DNA from: Octopus sinensis
Taxonomy: Eukaryota
Assembly (NCBI RefSeq): GCF_006345805.1
Contig: NC_042999.1
Span: 109,740,001-109,804,000 of the forward strand
DNA length: 64,000 nt
Reading direction: 5' to 3'
The position numbers were made by a program, and so were the translations under genes. Shown here one piece after another: positions 25,405 through 37,325 of the stretch. The notes beneath the pieces are model-generated. The model searched no databases. It was given only the letters and a program-made list of their open reading frames with translations, and had not been told where the DNA came from. Numbering within the stretch: position 1 is the stretch's first letter; the number at the start of each line of letters is the position of its first letter.

Positions 25405-25890
25405 ATAGGTGTAGACGTGGCTGGGTTCAGAATCTTATTGACTATCAAAAGCCTTTCTTGGGAAAAAGAATAAATGAAATTAAGTTTTTTGAGCGTACTG
25501 ACAGGCAAACAAATATCATGCTGGCAGTAATGACAATGGGTCACTGCATGGCACCTTGGGCAAGTGTCTTCTACTATAGTAGCCTTGAACTGACCAAAGT
25601 CTTGTGAGTGGATTTGGTAGACAGAAACTGAAAGAAGCCCATCGTGTGTATATGTATATATATATATATATATACATATTTGTGTGTGTTTGTGTCTGTC
25701 CTACCCCACCATCACTTGACAACCAATGTTTGTGTGTTTACATCCCTGTAACTTAGTGGTTCAGCAAAAGAGATTGACAGAATAAGTATTAGGTGTACAA
25801 AGAATAAATCCTGGAGTCGATTTGTTCGATTAAAGGTGGTGCTCCAGCATGGCTGCTGTCACAGTGACTGAAATAAGTAAAAGAATACAT
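25405..25890 (+). mobile_element. SINE family B with a rearranged head containing a 115-bp foreign insert (25429-25543)
   Basis: ATAGGTGTAGACGTGGCTG-GGTTCAG-[insert]-CACTGCATGGCACCTTGGGCAAGTGTC..., with the tail at about 25885. Confidence 0.85.
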
Positions 25891-26202
25891 CTGTGCAGTG
25901 GCAACAGCTACGAGTTTCTTAATTTTCAGTTTCAGACCATTACATTGGTAATTTTCTAAAAAATTGCATAAACAAATGACTTGGCAACAGCTGTGTGCTC
26001 ACACTTCATCAATCTGGTTGCTTTTAAAGCACTGCTGGATCACATTCAGTTTCCTCTCTTTTATATGCTTTTGCATAATTAGCGTTTTCATAGACTCAGG
26101 TATATATAGCTATATATATATATAGTGGCAGTAAAAATAAAGATACAAATTTCAAAACAAATAGACCAACTTCATCAATGAAAGGAAAAAAATCCCACCA
26201 AA

Positions 26203-26601
26203 TCTATATATATAAAGCTGAAGTTGTCTGTGTGTGTGGCAGGTTTGGTAGCCTTCAACTAACACTATCTCCTCTGAGACCCTGCAGTGCAAGTTGACCA
26301 AAATTGAGAGCATGATAGAGGTAGGCTTGATCTTCATTCCGTAGAAGAAAAAATTCAAATCAGACCATGTTAAGACCAACAATTATTTACATCAAAAAGG
26401 TGCTTTTTTTTCTATGAAAATCCCTATTTTTTACGATTTTTTGACTGCTGTGTCACCATTTTTCAGTGTATTTCAGCTAGAAAAATGTTCACTTAAAGAG
26501 AATAACAAGCTACATAATGCAAAATTTTTACTTTGCAAAAGTTCCAATTCTAAAGGGTCAAAATGAAAACAAACCCAAGCAACGCTGGGCTATACTGCTA
26601 G
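26203..26601 (+). mobile_element. Non-autonomous Helitron-like element
   Basis: 5' A|TCTATATATATAAAG. 3' subterminal hairpin CCCAAGC-AAC-GCTGGG (26574-26589), then CTAG|T. Inserted between A and T with no TSD. Confidence 0.75.
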
Positions 26602-27569
26602 TATACGTATAAATATAGGGCAAACCTGACATTTTGTCTTGTCATTCTATTGTAAGCTTGTTTCTTTCTTTTCTTTTTCTTTTGTCTTAGGACATGGACT
26701 AGAAGTATCTTTTATCTTTATTGTCTGTAATTGTTTTCCTTCAAATGACCCATTGTCATTACTGCCAGCATGATATCTGTTTGCCTGTCAGTACACTCAA
26801 AAAACTTAATTTCATTTATTCTTGTCCCCAAGAAAGCCTTTTGATAGTCAATAAGATTCTTATCTTACATGAAGAGGCTTATTCGCCTTTACCCATTTAT
26901 ACATACTGATGTCCATTCGCTTGGTTTATACATAGAACTACTGATGTCTAGATATATATACAAACATACACATATACACACTTAGAGGGACATGTATGTA
27001 TACACACATTTATATATCTATACATATTCATACACACACACACACTGTTTTTCTATATATTTATTTCTACTTTTATCTTCAAACTCTACATAGACCCTAC
27101 TTATGAACATACACATCTGCAAAACTTACAAACATACTTATATACATACTCACATATACTTACATATATACCAACTATTGGCAATTCTTTTCATTTTTTT
27201 ATCATTAGGTAAAATCAATGTTTTTACTCCCACACATTCCTTATAATTTTCTAAATTTCTGTTTCTCACTAATGTGTACTTATTTAAAAACATCAGTAAT
27301 TATATGAGAATATTTTAACTGCACTTTCTAGCAAATAACGTATAACCATCATTTGATTATTATTGGCACTTTCAAATTATTATAATCATTACTGTATGCA
27401 TGTAAACAACAATACTAACTAGTTATTAAGTCATTAACTTATTTTAAAGTACATTTTAAAGACACTAAAAATATCAATATCACTTAGAACATTATATATT
27501 TTTTTCTAAACTTCAAATTTTTTAAAATATATAAATATTCATATAAAATATATATATAATGATATATGA

Positions 27570-28470
27570 ATCATCATCATCATTATCATCATCATCGTCG
27601 TCGTTTAACGTCTGCTTGCCATGCTGGCATGGGTTGGACTGTTTGACTGAAGATAGGCGAGCAGAAGGCTGCACTAGGCTCCAATCTGATCTGGCAGAGT
27701 CTCTACAGCTGGATGCCCTTCCTAACGCCAACCACTCCCAGAGTGTAGTGAGTGCTTTTACGTGGCACCGGCACGAGGGCCAGTCAGGTGGTACTGGCAA
27801 CGACCATGCTCAAAAGGTGTTTTTTATATGCCACCTGCATGGGAGCAAGTCCTGCGACACTGGCAATAACCCCACTTCAATGCTGCTTTTCACGTGCCAC
27901 TGGCACATGTGCCAGTAAGGCGACGCTGGCAACGATCATGCTTGAATGGTGCTTTTTATGTGTCACAGGCACGGGAGCCAGTCAGTGGCCCTGGAAATGG
28001 TCACACTCAGATGGTGCTTTCAACATTCCACTGACATGAGTGCCAATCAGGCAGTACTGTCATTGGCCACATTAGCAATTTTGATTTTGATATCACTTGC
28101 CTCAACAGGTCTTCACTAGCAAAGTTTATTGTTCAATGAATGAAGGGTACTCATATGTGGGCTGGTTATACACTCCTGGCATAGGCCACGGGTTATGGTT
28201 TCACTTGGCTTGTCGGGTCTTCTCAAGCACAGCATATCTCCAAAGGTCTCAGTCACTAGTCATTGCCTCAGTGAGGCCCAATGTTCGAAGGTTGTGTTTT
28301 ACCACCTCATCCCAGGTCTTCCTGGGTCTACCTCTTTCACAGGTTCCCTTAACTGCTAGGGTGTGGTACTTTTTCACACAGCCGTCATCATCCATTCGCA
28401 ACACATAACCATACCAGCGCAGTCATCTCTCTTGCACATCACATCTGATACTTTTAAAGTCCAACTTGTA
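27570..28470 (-). mobile_element. 5'-truncated RTE-type LINE: ORF C-terminus, 3' UTR with internal tandem repeats, and (GAT)n tail
   Basis: The minus strand translates to ...LRWYGYVLRMDDDGCVKKYHTLAVKGTCERGRPRKTWDEVVKHNLRTLGLTEAM..., a typical RTE C-terminus. Confidence 0.85.
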
Positions 28471-29115
28471 TATATATATATTAATATATACATATATATA
28501 AAATACATAAATACATATAAAATACATACATACGATGGGCTTCTTTCAGTTTCCGTCTACCAAATCCCCTCACAAGGCTTTGGTCAGCTCGAGGCTATAG
28601 CAGAAGACACTTGCCCAAGGTGCCACGCAGTGGGACTGAACCAGGAACCATGTGGTTCATAAGCAAGCTACTTACCACACACCCACTCCTACGCCTATAT
28701 ATATATATAACCATGTATATGTACACACACACACACCTCATACCACATGCTTGTTTTCCAGTTTTTGTCTACTAGATTCACTCACAAGGAATCGGCCTGG
28801 TTGATGTTATTGAAGAAGAGACATGCCAGCGATGAACTGCAGTAAGAACTTAAAACATTGAAAACATAGTACAATGAGTCTGAGAAGAGATAGTGACAGG
28901 GGATGGGTGGGTTAGAGTTAGGGGAATGAGTACGAAAGGTAGAGTCATAGTTTGTAGAGTGATGGATGATGGAGGTATGGGTGATAAATGAGTGATAAAG
29001 AGATGTGTGATAAGAGGGATTTATGATGAGAAAGATGTACAATAGAGGAGAAATGAGAAGCTATCAAAGATGCCGATGACATAGACATGTGTTTGTGTGT
29101 GTGTGTTTGTGTATG

Positions 29116-29147
<32 letters not shown>

Positions 29148-29305
29148 TATATACACGTTTACGAATTTGTGTTGCAAAATTCCTGATGTGAAACCAAGTG
29201 TTGAAACAGATGGGCATTCTTTTTTTTTTTTTTCTTGCCAAGAAAACACATGCGCTATATATTCATTATTCCCCCCCGTTTCTTACTGTTCTTATATTAA
29301 CTCAC

Positions 29306-29344
29306 GGCTATTGTCTGGAGCATACACAAGGACGAAAAATGTCA
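29306..29344 (-). CDS. Candidate small exon: 39 nt (xTFFVLVYAPDNS), or 9 nt (29306-29314) if the inner acceptor is used
   Basis: Consensus donor GCC|gtgagt. Two in-frame acceptors 30 nt apart: gtgacctcttcag and ttttcgtccttgtgtatgctccag. Only phase 1 is open for the 39-nt form. Confidence 0.3.
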
Positions 29345-29880
29345 CTGAAGAGGTCACAGATGTGTGATGAAAGATTTCTGGACATTGGACATGACTTAAA
29401 ATAAGAACAGTAACAAATGAGTGAAGAACAAATATATAGTGCAAATGGTACTTATTTTATTGACCCAGAAGGAATGAAAGGCTAAGTCAACCACACTGGG
29501 GTTTGAACTCAGAACCTAAAGTAAGAAGAATTACTGCAAAGCATTTTTCTCAACACACTAATGATTCTGTCAGCTTGCTAGTTTTCATACTATTAATAAT
29601 GATAACAGTAATTAAATCTAAAATTTTACTCTGAATTTTGAGCGTTAACTCTTTTGGTTTTAGCTAAGGATGTTATTTTTAGGAATAAAATCTTTTCCAT
29701 ATTGAAACATGGGAAAATGAAATTTGGAGTAATGACAATCTAAGACATCAGCTTACTAATACACAAACACAAAGACACAATTGCTTATAATGCCTGTACA
29801 ATATATAGATATTCATTGTGTGCAATGATGAGCATAATTTCATAAAATTGTTTAAGAAATCTTTTTCTAAATAAAGGCTA

Positions 29881-30298
29881 TTTTTTTTACTTGCTTCAGT
29901 CATTTGACTGTGGCCATGCTGGAGCACCACCTTAAAGGATTTTAGTTGAAGGAATCGATCCCAGGACTTATTCTCTGTAGGCCCAATACTTATTCTATCA
30001 GTCTCTTTTGCCAAACCGCTGAGTTATGGAGACATTAACACACCAGCATCGGTTGTCAAGTGATGGTGGGGGGACAAACACACACACACACATATATGTA
30101 GGTATATATATATATATATATTATATACACACACACACACAACTGGCTTCTTTCAGTTTCCATCTATCAAATCCACTCACAAGGCTTTGGTCAGCCTGAG
30201 GCTATAGTAGAAATTACTTGCCCAAGGTGCCATGCAGTGGGACTGAACTTGGAACTATGTGGTTGAGAAGCAGGCTTCTTACCACAACAGCCGTGCCT
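29881..30298 (-). mobile_element. SINE family B, near full length (other minus copies at about 17170-17400, 28520-28700 and 31740-31975)
   Basis: Aligns with 14021-14438. Confidence 0.85.
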
Positions 30299-31411
30299 GA
30301 AAGTTGAAGTTTTCATGACTATCATCTCGTGAGCAGTCTGGTTCTTTAATTCACTGCAAGTCATGGTTTGAATTATAAATCTAAAGAACCACAGACTACA
30401 ATTCTCTCTAAGTTATTCCCAGGGAGTTATATCACTGTCAAGCTTTTAAGATGTTTACTTCTCAGGTCCTTGCAATGCCTTTTTCTTCTTGCAATAAAAG
30501 TTTCTGCTATGTGGTCTGTTACATAATGTAAGTTATTTTCACATGCACCTATTGAAACATGCGAATAACATGACTCACTCATCTGGTATCAATTCCAAAT
30601 AAGAGAAATGTACTTTGGCTATGAGCTCTGTCACAGTCTACATTATACAGAACCTGTCTTACCAGCTGATTTTAATCATTCTGCAGAGAAAGTCATGTTG
30701 AAATACTTCAGTTGCCCAGCATATCTTCTGTGTATTATTCCTGTTTTGCAGGCATATATAAGTGGAGGTAGAACAATAGCAAAAATATATTTTCAGTAAT
30801 AAAATAAGGTTAATCATTAGGTTTATTATGATAATCTGTAGAAGCATGAATTAGATAGGAAATACAAAACAAAACCTCTGTTTCATGCTATCTACAAGAT
30901 GAAGCAGAGATTAATGTTTTGGGTAAAGCTTTTCATTCCCTAATGAATGTCACCACCTGGAATATTACTCATTTTCATCTCAGTACACCCAAAACACAGA
31001 TTGTATTATTTTAGGCTGTCTAGTTCACTTGCAAGTTCACTTTTAATATGAACCTGCCTGAGGTTGCCCATACTGAAATATTTATATTTAAATTAGAAAT
31101 CTTGACTAGAATCTCAATGTATTATGAAAAACACAGTAATATATCAGTTACTGAGTACTACTATAATATACTAATAAAATATTAGGGTGAAGAATAATTA
31201 AAAACACTTAAAACATGTATAATGTACATAAGTCTATGATTGAATTTCAGATAATTTTTTTTATTTACTGAAGAGAAGAATAAGATGCTGTTACATCATT
31301 TTAATCTTTATCGCTGAAACTTTTGAATAAATAATTATAGAGTTTCTGTTATACATTTTCACATTATCCTGAACTCTCTTTCTCTCTCTCTCACTCTCTC
31401 TCCATTTATGT

Positions 31412-31473
<62 letters not shown>

Positions 31474-32003
31474 ACATAAATGACGGAGAAATATAGTCCG
31501 ATGAAATTTATTTAAGACAACGAACATTCTAATATCATGACAAATTGTTTCATATTGATAAATAAAATTTCATCAAACTGTTTCTCTCTCATTTCTGACT
31601 TTATACACTCCTTATTGTTTTCTCTTGTATTATACTATATATTCTATATGTTATGTAGAATGATATAGTAAGGAGCTTTTGTTATGAGTACTACTGGGTT
31701 ACTTGAAGCCATATATTGTGGCTTAAATTTATTCTTTTATTCGTTTCAGTCATTTGACTGTGGCCATGATGGAGCACTGCCTTTAGTTGAACAAATTGAC
31801 CCCAGGACTCTAGGTATCTTTTGCTGAACCACTAAGTTATGGGGATGTAAACACTCCACTAAGCGATGGTGAGGGGACAAACACAGACACACAAACAAGG
31901 TGCCATGCAGTGGGACTGAACCCAGAACCAGGTGGCTGGTAAGCAAGTTACTTACCATACAGCTACACCTGCACCTATATATCTTCATACACACACATAC
32001 ACA

Positions 32004-32770
32004 TCATCATCGTTTGAGGTCCCTTTTTTTTCACACTGGAATGGATTGAAGAATTTGACAGGAACTGATGAGCCAGAGGGATGTGTTGAGCTCTGATGTC
32101 TGCTTTTGCATGGTTCCTACAGCTGGTTGTCTTTCTTAATGCCAACCATTTCAAAAAGTGTACTGGGTGCTTCTTTTCATGGCACCAACACTGGTGAAGT
32201 CACCGAGTACTTGTACAAGACCCTCTCAACTGAGTGGGGTGTAGTACTGAAGGATATGAAAGTATGATAGAGGGACAAAAAGCAGGTGTCTTGCTGAAGA
32301 GGTTATTATATGGTTTCCTCAGAGATGGAGAGAGGGAGGGGCAGAGAGGGGGAGAGGGGGCAGAGGGAGAGAAGAACAGAAAAGGTGGGTAGGTAAGTGC
32401 ACTGGGGTGAAAAGAGTGATGGATGATTAGAGATGGTGAGTGAGGTGGAACTGTAACAGTTTGAGGGAGGAAAAGTGAAGGAAAGGAAACAGAAGTTGGT
32501 AAGGGAGGAGGAGGAGGTGATAAGAAACAGTAGGAATACAATGTGAAATGTAGGGTTAGCGGGTATCATTTGCAGCATTTGAATTAGAAAGAAGATTGAT
32601 GGAGGGATGGGTAGAAGATGAATAGTAGGGGAGGGCTTGACAGGACCTCATCTTTTGCATCTTGATCCCTCAACGTCTCCTCCAAGAGGTGCAACATTTT
32701 GAAGTCAATCTTCACTACTTCATCCTATGTCTTCCTGAGTCTCCCTCTTCCATGGGTTCCTTCATGCTTA
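32004..32770 (-). mobile_element. Older RTE subfamily 3' fragment with a purine/pyrimidine-biased UTR
   Basis: Tail at about 32004 and decayed ORF end at 32640-32770. Aligns with 16400-16945 on the opposite strand. Confidence 0.6.
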
Positions 32771-33696
32771 GTAATTAATGTGGCTTGAACCAATAGTTTA
32801 GAATGTACTTCTCATTTAACAAGGGATAAATATCTCTGACTTGATATTTCAATACATTTTGAAAACAAGGCAACCCTTTGTGTATCTGTAGCATTTGTGT
32901 GTTTGTACGTATGTTGTGCATGAGTATGTGTGTGGTATATATGTATGGTGTGCATGTGTATGTATCTATATGTATCATGTGTATATTTATCTATATGAAG
33001 ATGAATTAAAAGAAATAAGAGTGACTAGTTGCATGTATTTGAACAACTGAGATGAATAAAGGCACTAAATACCATACAACATGAATTTTGGATTTAGTGA
33101 AATTTTCTCCACTTCCAGAGAAAGTAAAATAAACTCCTGGAAGCACAAGGTGTTAATTTTATCCACACCAAATGAGGCGGAATGAAAATTTCAAGAATCA
33201 AAAATTCTCCAAAATTGACAGGACAACAAGAGTAAAGCACTGATTGTCTGAAGCTATGAACATATGTTTCTGTCACAACAGGCATCATCTGTACAACAGT
33301 TGTTCTAACTAGTTTCCGGCATTTATATATCATCATCATCTTCATCTTTTAACATCCGTTGTCCATGCTGGCATGGGTTGGACAGTTTGACCACGGCTGG
33401 TAAGCTGAGGGGCTGCACCAGATTCCAATCTGATTTGGCATGGCTTCCATGGTTGATGACCGGGTGCCCTTCCTAATGCCTACACACATATAAGAGATAA
33501 TGGTGTCATTGAGACCCAGAGGTGTCAGGTAATGCTGAATAAGTGCTACAGACAGACCATAGTTAAGTTCCAGATTCGGTAATTTAGCGAATAAGGGATT
33601 CAACGTTGGTTCTATGTCAGCGTGTGTATATAAGACTTTTTTGTGTAATGAGATAAAAAGCCAAGGCCATGTAGATATTAGAACATTTATAGATAT

Positions 33697-33761
<65 letters not shown>

Positions 33762-33763
<2 letters not shown>

Positions 33764-34695
33764 TGAAAATCAAATCAATCAAATCAAAATAGACAAATAG
33801 ATGACCATCAATGGAATTTGTATCTTGTGGTACAGTGCCTGTGGCACACAGAAATCCATCATGCCGTAGTCAGTGCGGTGGGCACATGACAAACACCATC
33901 CGATCGTGGCCGTTCGCCAGCCTCATCTAGCACCTGTGTCGGTGGCACATAAAAAAACCATCCGAAGACCCGCAAGACTAGTCAGGCCATAACCCATGGC
34001 CCCTACCTGGGACGTAGTCAGTCCACCTGTGCATACCTTCCTTCTTGTGACACTTGTGAAGACCTGTTGAGGCAAGTGAAATCAATCAAATCAAACAAAT
34101 CAAAATAGATGAACATCAATGGAATTGTATCTTGTGGTACCAGTGCCGGTGCACGTGGCCCATAAGAAAACATCCGAAGTGGCCGTAGCCAGTACCTATC
34201 GACTGGCCTCCGTGCTGTGCACGTAACAGCACCATCCGATTGTGGCCGTTTGCCAGCCTCATCTGGCACCTGTGTCGGTGGCACATAAAAACACCATCCG
34301 AGCGTGCCGTCTGCCAGCCTCGTCTGGCACCTGTTTCGGTGAACACATAAAAACACCATCCGAGCGTGGCCGTCTGCCAGCCTCGTCGGCACCTGTGTCG
34401 TGGCACATAAAAAACCCATCCGAGCGTGGCCGTCTCGCCTCGTCTGGCACCTGTGTCGGTGGCACATAAAAAACCCATCCGAGCGTGGCCGTTTGTCAGC
34501 CTCGTCTGGCACTGTGTCGGTGCACATAAATCACCCACTACACTCTCGAGTGGTTGGCGTTAGGAAGGGCATCCAGCTGTAGAACACTGCCAGATCTGAC
34601 TGGACTGGTGCAGCTTTCGGGCTCCCCAGACCCCTTTGAACCGTCCAACCCATGCTAGCATGGAAGCGGACGTTAAATGTGATATTATGATGATG
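33762..34695 (+). mobile_element. RTE 3' UTR copy with a partial duplication and an expanded ~60-bp VNTR
   Basis: Same 3' terminus as the other RTE copies (CCATGCTAGCATGGAAGCGGACGTTAAA...GATGAT). About five ACCATCCGAGCGTGGCCGT...GGCACATAAAA units at 34230-34528. Confidence 0.85.
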
Positions 34696-35664
34696 ATATA
34701 TCCATACATATACAATGAGTGGCACACCTACACCTGCTTCTAAACATTTAAAAACACATATATAAATGGTTATAAGTAATTAGATATGTCATTCGACACA
34801 TTTTATACACCATATATGTTTGTATATATATTTACAAATATATTGAACTCGTTTCTTCATTTCAATATTCTATATTTACTAAGGTCTTTGAGAACACTGA
34901 TGATAACTTTTAATGATTCTGATAAGGAAATGAAGCTGTAACTCTCAGATATTATAATTAAATGCAGAAGAAATTCCCATGCACTTTCAAACATAGCATA
35001 ATTTTTTCTTTTTGAAATGAAAACATCACTCAGAAAGAAGTGGAAAAAGCTAGCAAATTACAAAAAAGTCTTGACATGGAAATGATGTGAGAAAAATGGT
35101 ATGAATAATAATTCGTGAATTGTGTATAACAAAAAAATACAAAGGCAGTACACGAAACATTGGCAGACAGCTAAAACATTAGATCAGATCTCACATGTTT
35201 GCACACATTAACAAAACATATTTACAACAAACAAGAACAACCCTTAAACAATAAGAGACAACAAAACAAAATCTGAAACACATCTCAACAAACAATGATG
35301 CATGTGTACACCTCAGGAAGAAAGAGAAGAATATGATAAACAGTGAAAGATGAGGGAAAGGGTAAGTACGGTATAAACTGAACACATTTAAAATTTGATG
35401 AACAGAATAAATATAAAATTATGTAATAATAAACAATATATAATTGAAACAATGACATCACAAATTCCGTAATCCACCAGCTAGGTCAAATCTGAGTCTC
35501 CCCTATAACTGTACCTACTTGTTGTTATACTGAAATTGCATATACCCAAAGGCAACCATAAACATGTTTTATGTTGGTTAGACTAAAAATGCATCCAATT
35601 TCTCCTAGGTGAGTTTTATTTTTCTATCACAATGACATGCTACTTATTCTCAGCTTCTATTCAC

Positions 35665-36450
35665 TCTCCATCAGCTGAAGTGGAAAGTGTGGTACTCCTG
35701 AGTGGGGTTCTTCACCATCATCTGTTTCAGGGAATGAAGATGAGCACTTTCTAAAACTTTGGCAAGTAGTGCTGTTGGGACAGCTGCCTCCAGGACCCAC
35801 TGTTGCTGGGTTGCTTTGGTTGACACTTTTTCTCTTAATTTCCAGCTCCTTAGGGTAAAAAGTCCTACAAGGGCTTCTGTACCCACAAATCTAACAATTG
35901 GGCTTTCTACTCAGCACTTCTAGTCTCATTGCACATAGCCTGAGGTCTGGAGAGATCTCAAAAACTTGCAAATCCAAGTTGAATCCCACCTTTTATCACT
36001 TTTCATTTCTTGTCATCTGTACATTTATCACCTACCAATGTTGTGCTATAAAGGTAATCATAGCCCATGGCTTAATGTTACGGCCAATTCCCACTGACTG
36101 GTGTTGAACTGAACTTTGCACTGTGATACAAGCCAATGGGTATCACACGAGCGCTGTTTAACACTTTGCCTTTCCTTTGAATTTAAAATAGAGAGAAGAA
36201 ACTACTGAATGTCCTGCTTCACTTGAAGACAAGATAATGTCACACACTTCAGTTAGGGTCTCCTCCAATGCATCCTTAGCAAGCATACAAAATTCTGCCA
36301 CAGAGGTAAATCAAATTCTCTATGCTTCTTTTGAAACCAATTTTTTGAGTAAGAAGACAGAGATCTTCTTGAAATACCTCTGTCACACTTGTCTATGTTT
36401 AGGCTTCCTTTATTGGATGTAACATTTGCAAAGCTGTGTGTGTAAAGCAA
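35665..36450 (-). pseudogene. Decayed gag/ORF1-like fragment of a retroelement with a degenerate CCHC zinc knuckle
   Basis: Minus frame ...KVGFNLDLQVFEISPDLRLCAMRLEVLSRKPNC*ICGYRSPCRTFYP..., resembling RxPxCxxCGxxGHxxxxCP. Several stops. Confidence 0.45.
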
Positions 36451-36894
36451 TATATTGTTGTTGCTGTTATTGTTAAATGAGTTGTCAAAATTGCTCTCAT
36501 TTGTATTAAACTAGAGATATATATTTGTCTCAAAATGTTACTGCTTTCTTTTAGGATATTTTTGTCCATTTCCTTTTTTCTTGTTTTTTTTTTGTGCTTT
36601 TTGTACCGGTGTTAAGGCTTTTGTTTGTTTAAGGGCATTTACTGCTGACATTTTGTGTTGAATGTCAGCTAATAAAAGAGTTGTTTTTTTCCCTTTTGTC
36701 CAATTTGGGTGAAAACTTTTTTAAAAACTTGCTTATTTTTTTTCTGAATCAATTCAAAGGTAATGACACAGAAAAATTCCAGTTTAGAAAGAAAAACAAA
36801 AATAAAATAATCCCAAAATGAAAGCAGTGTGAAGCACATCTTGACACAGTAAAATCAAATAATAATAATAATAATAATAATGATAATCATTTCT

Positions 36895-37325
36895 GCAAAA
36901 GGCACAAGGCTCGAAATTTTGTAGGAGGGGACTGGTAGGGTTAAACTGACCCTAATGCTTAACTGGTACTTGATTTATTGAGGCCAATAGAATGAAATAC
37001 AAAGTTGACCTCAGTGATATTTGAACCCAGAATGTAAAGAAGAATGAAATGATGCAATGCAATTTGTCTTGCATGCTAACAATTTCCCATTTTGTGGCCT
37101 TAATAACAATAACAATAATGGTTTCAAATTTTGGCACAAAAGTTGGGAAGAGGGGTTAAGTCGATTACATCGCCCCTAGTGCATAACTGATACTTATTTT
37201 ATCAACCCCAAAAGGATGAAAGACAAAGGTTGGCCTCAGCAGAATTTGAACTCAGAATGTTAAGATAGATGAAATACCACTATGCATTTATCACAGCATC
37301 CTAACGATTCTGCCAGCTCGTCACC
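36895..37325 (-). mobile_element. Tandem pair of SINE family A copies
   Basis: Two successive copies (about 36895-37090 and 37125-37325) separated by an (AAC/AAT)-rich tail. Confidence 0.8.

Noticed and set aside
34230-34528. Regularly spaced repeats resembling a CRISPR array
   Set aside because: The units are contiguous tandem copies with no unique spacers, in a eukaryotic retroelement context.
34018-34582. ORFs of up to 169 aa with repeated motifs
   Set aside because: They are translations of the ~60-bp VNTR in an RTE 3' UTR, open in several frames on both strands.
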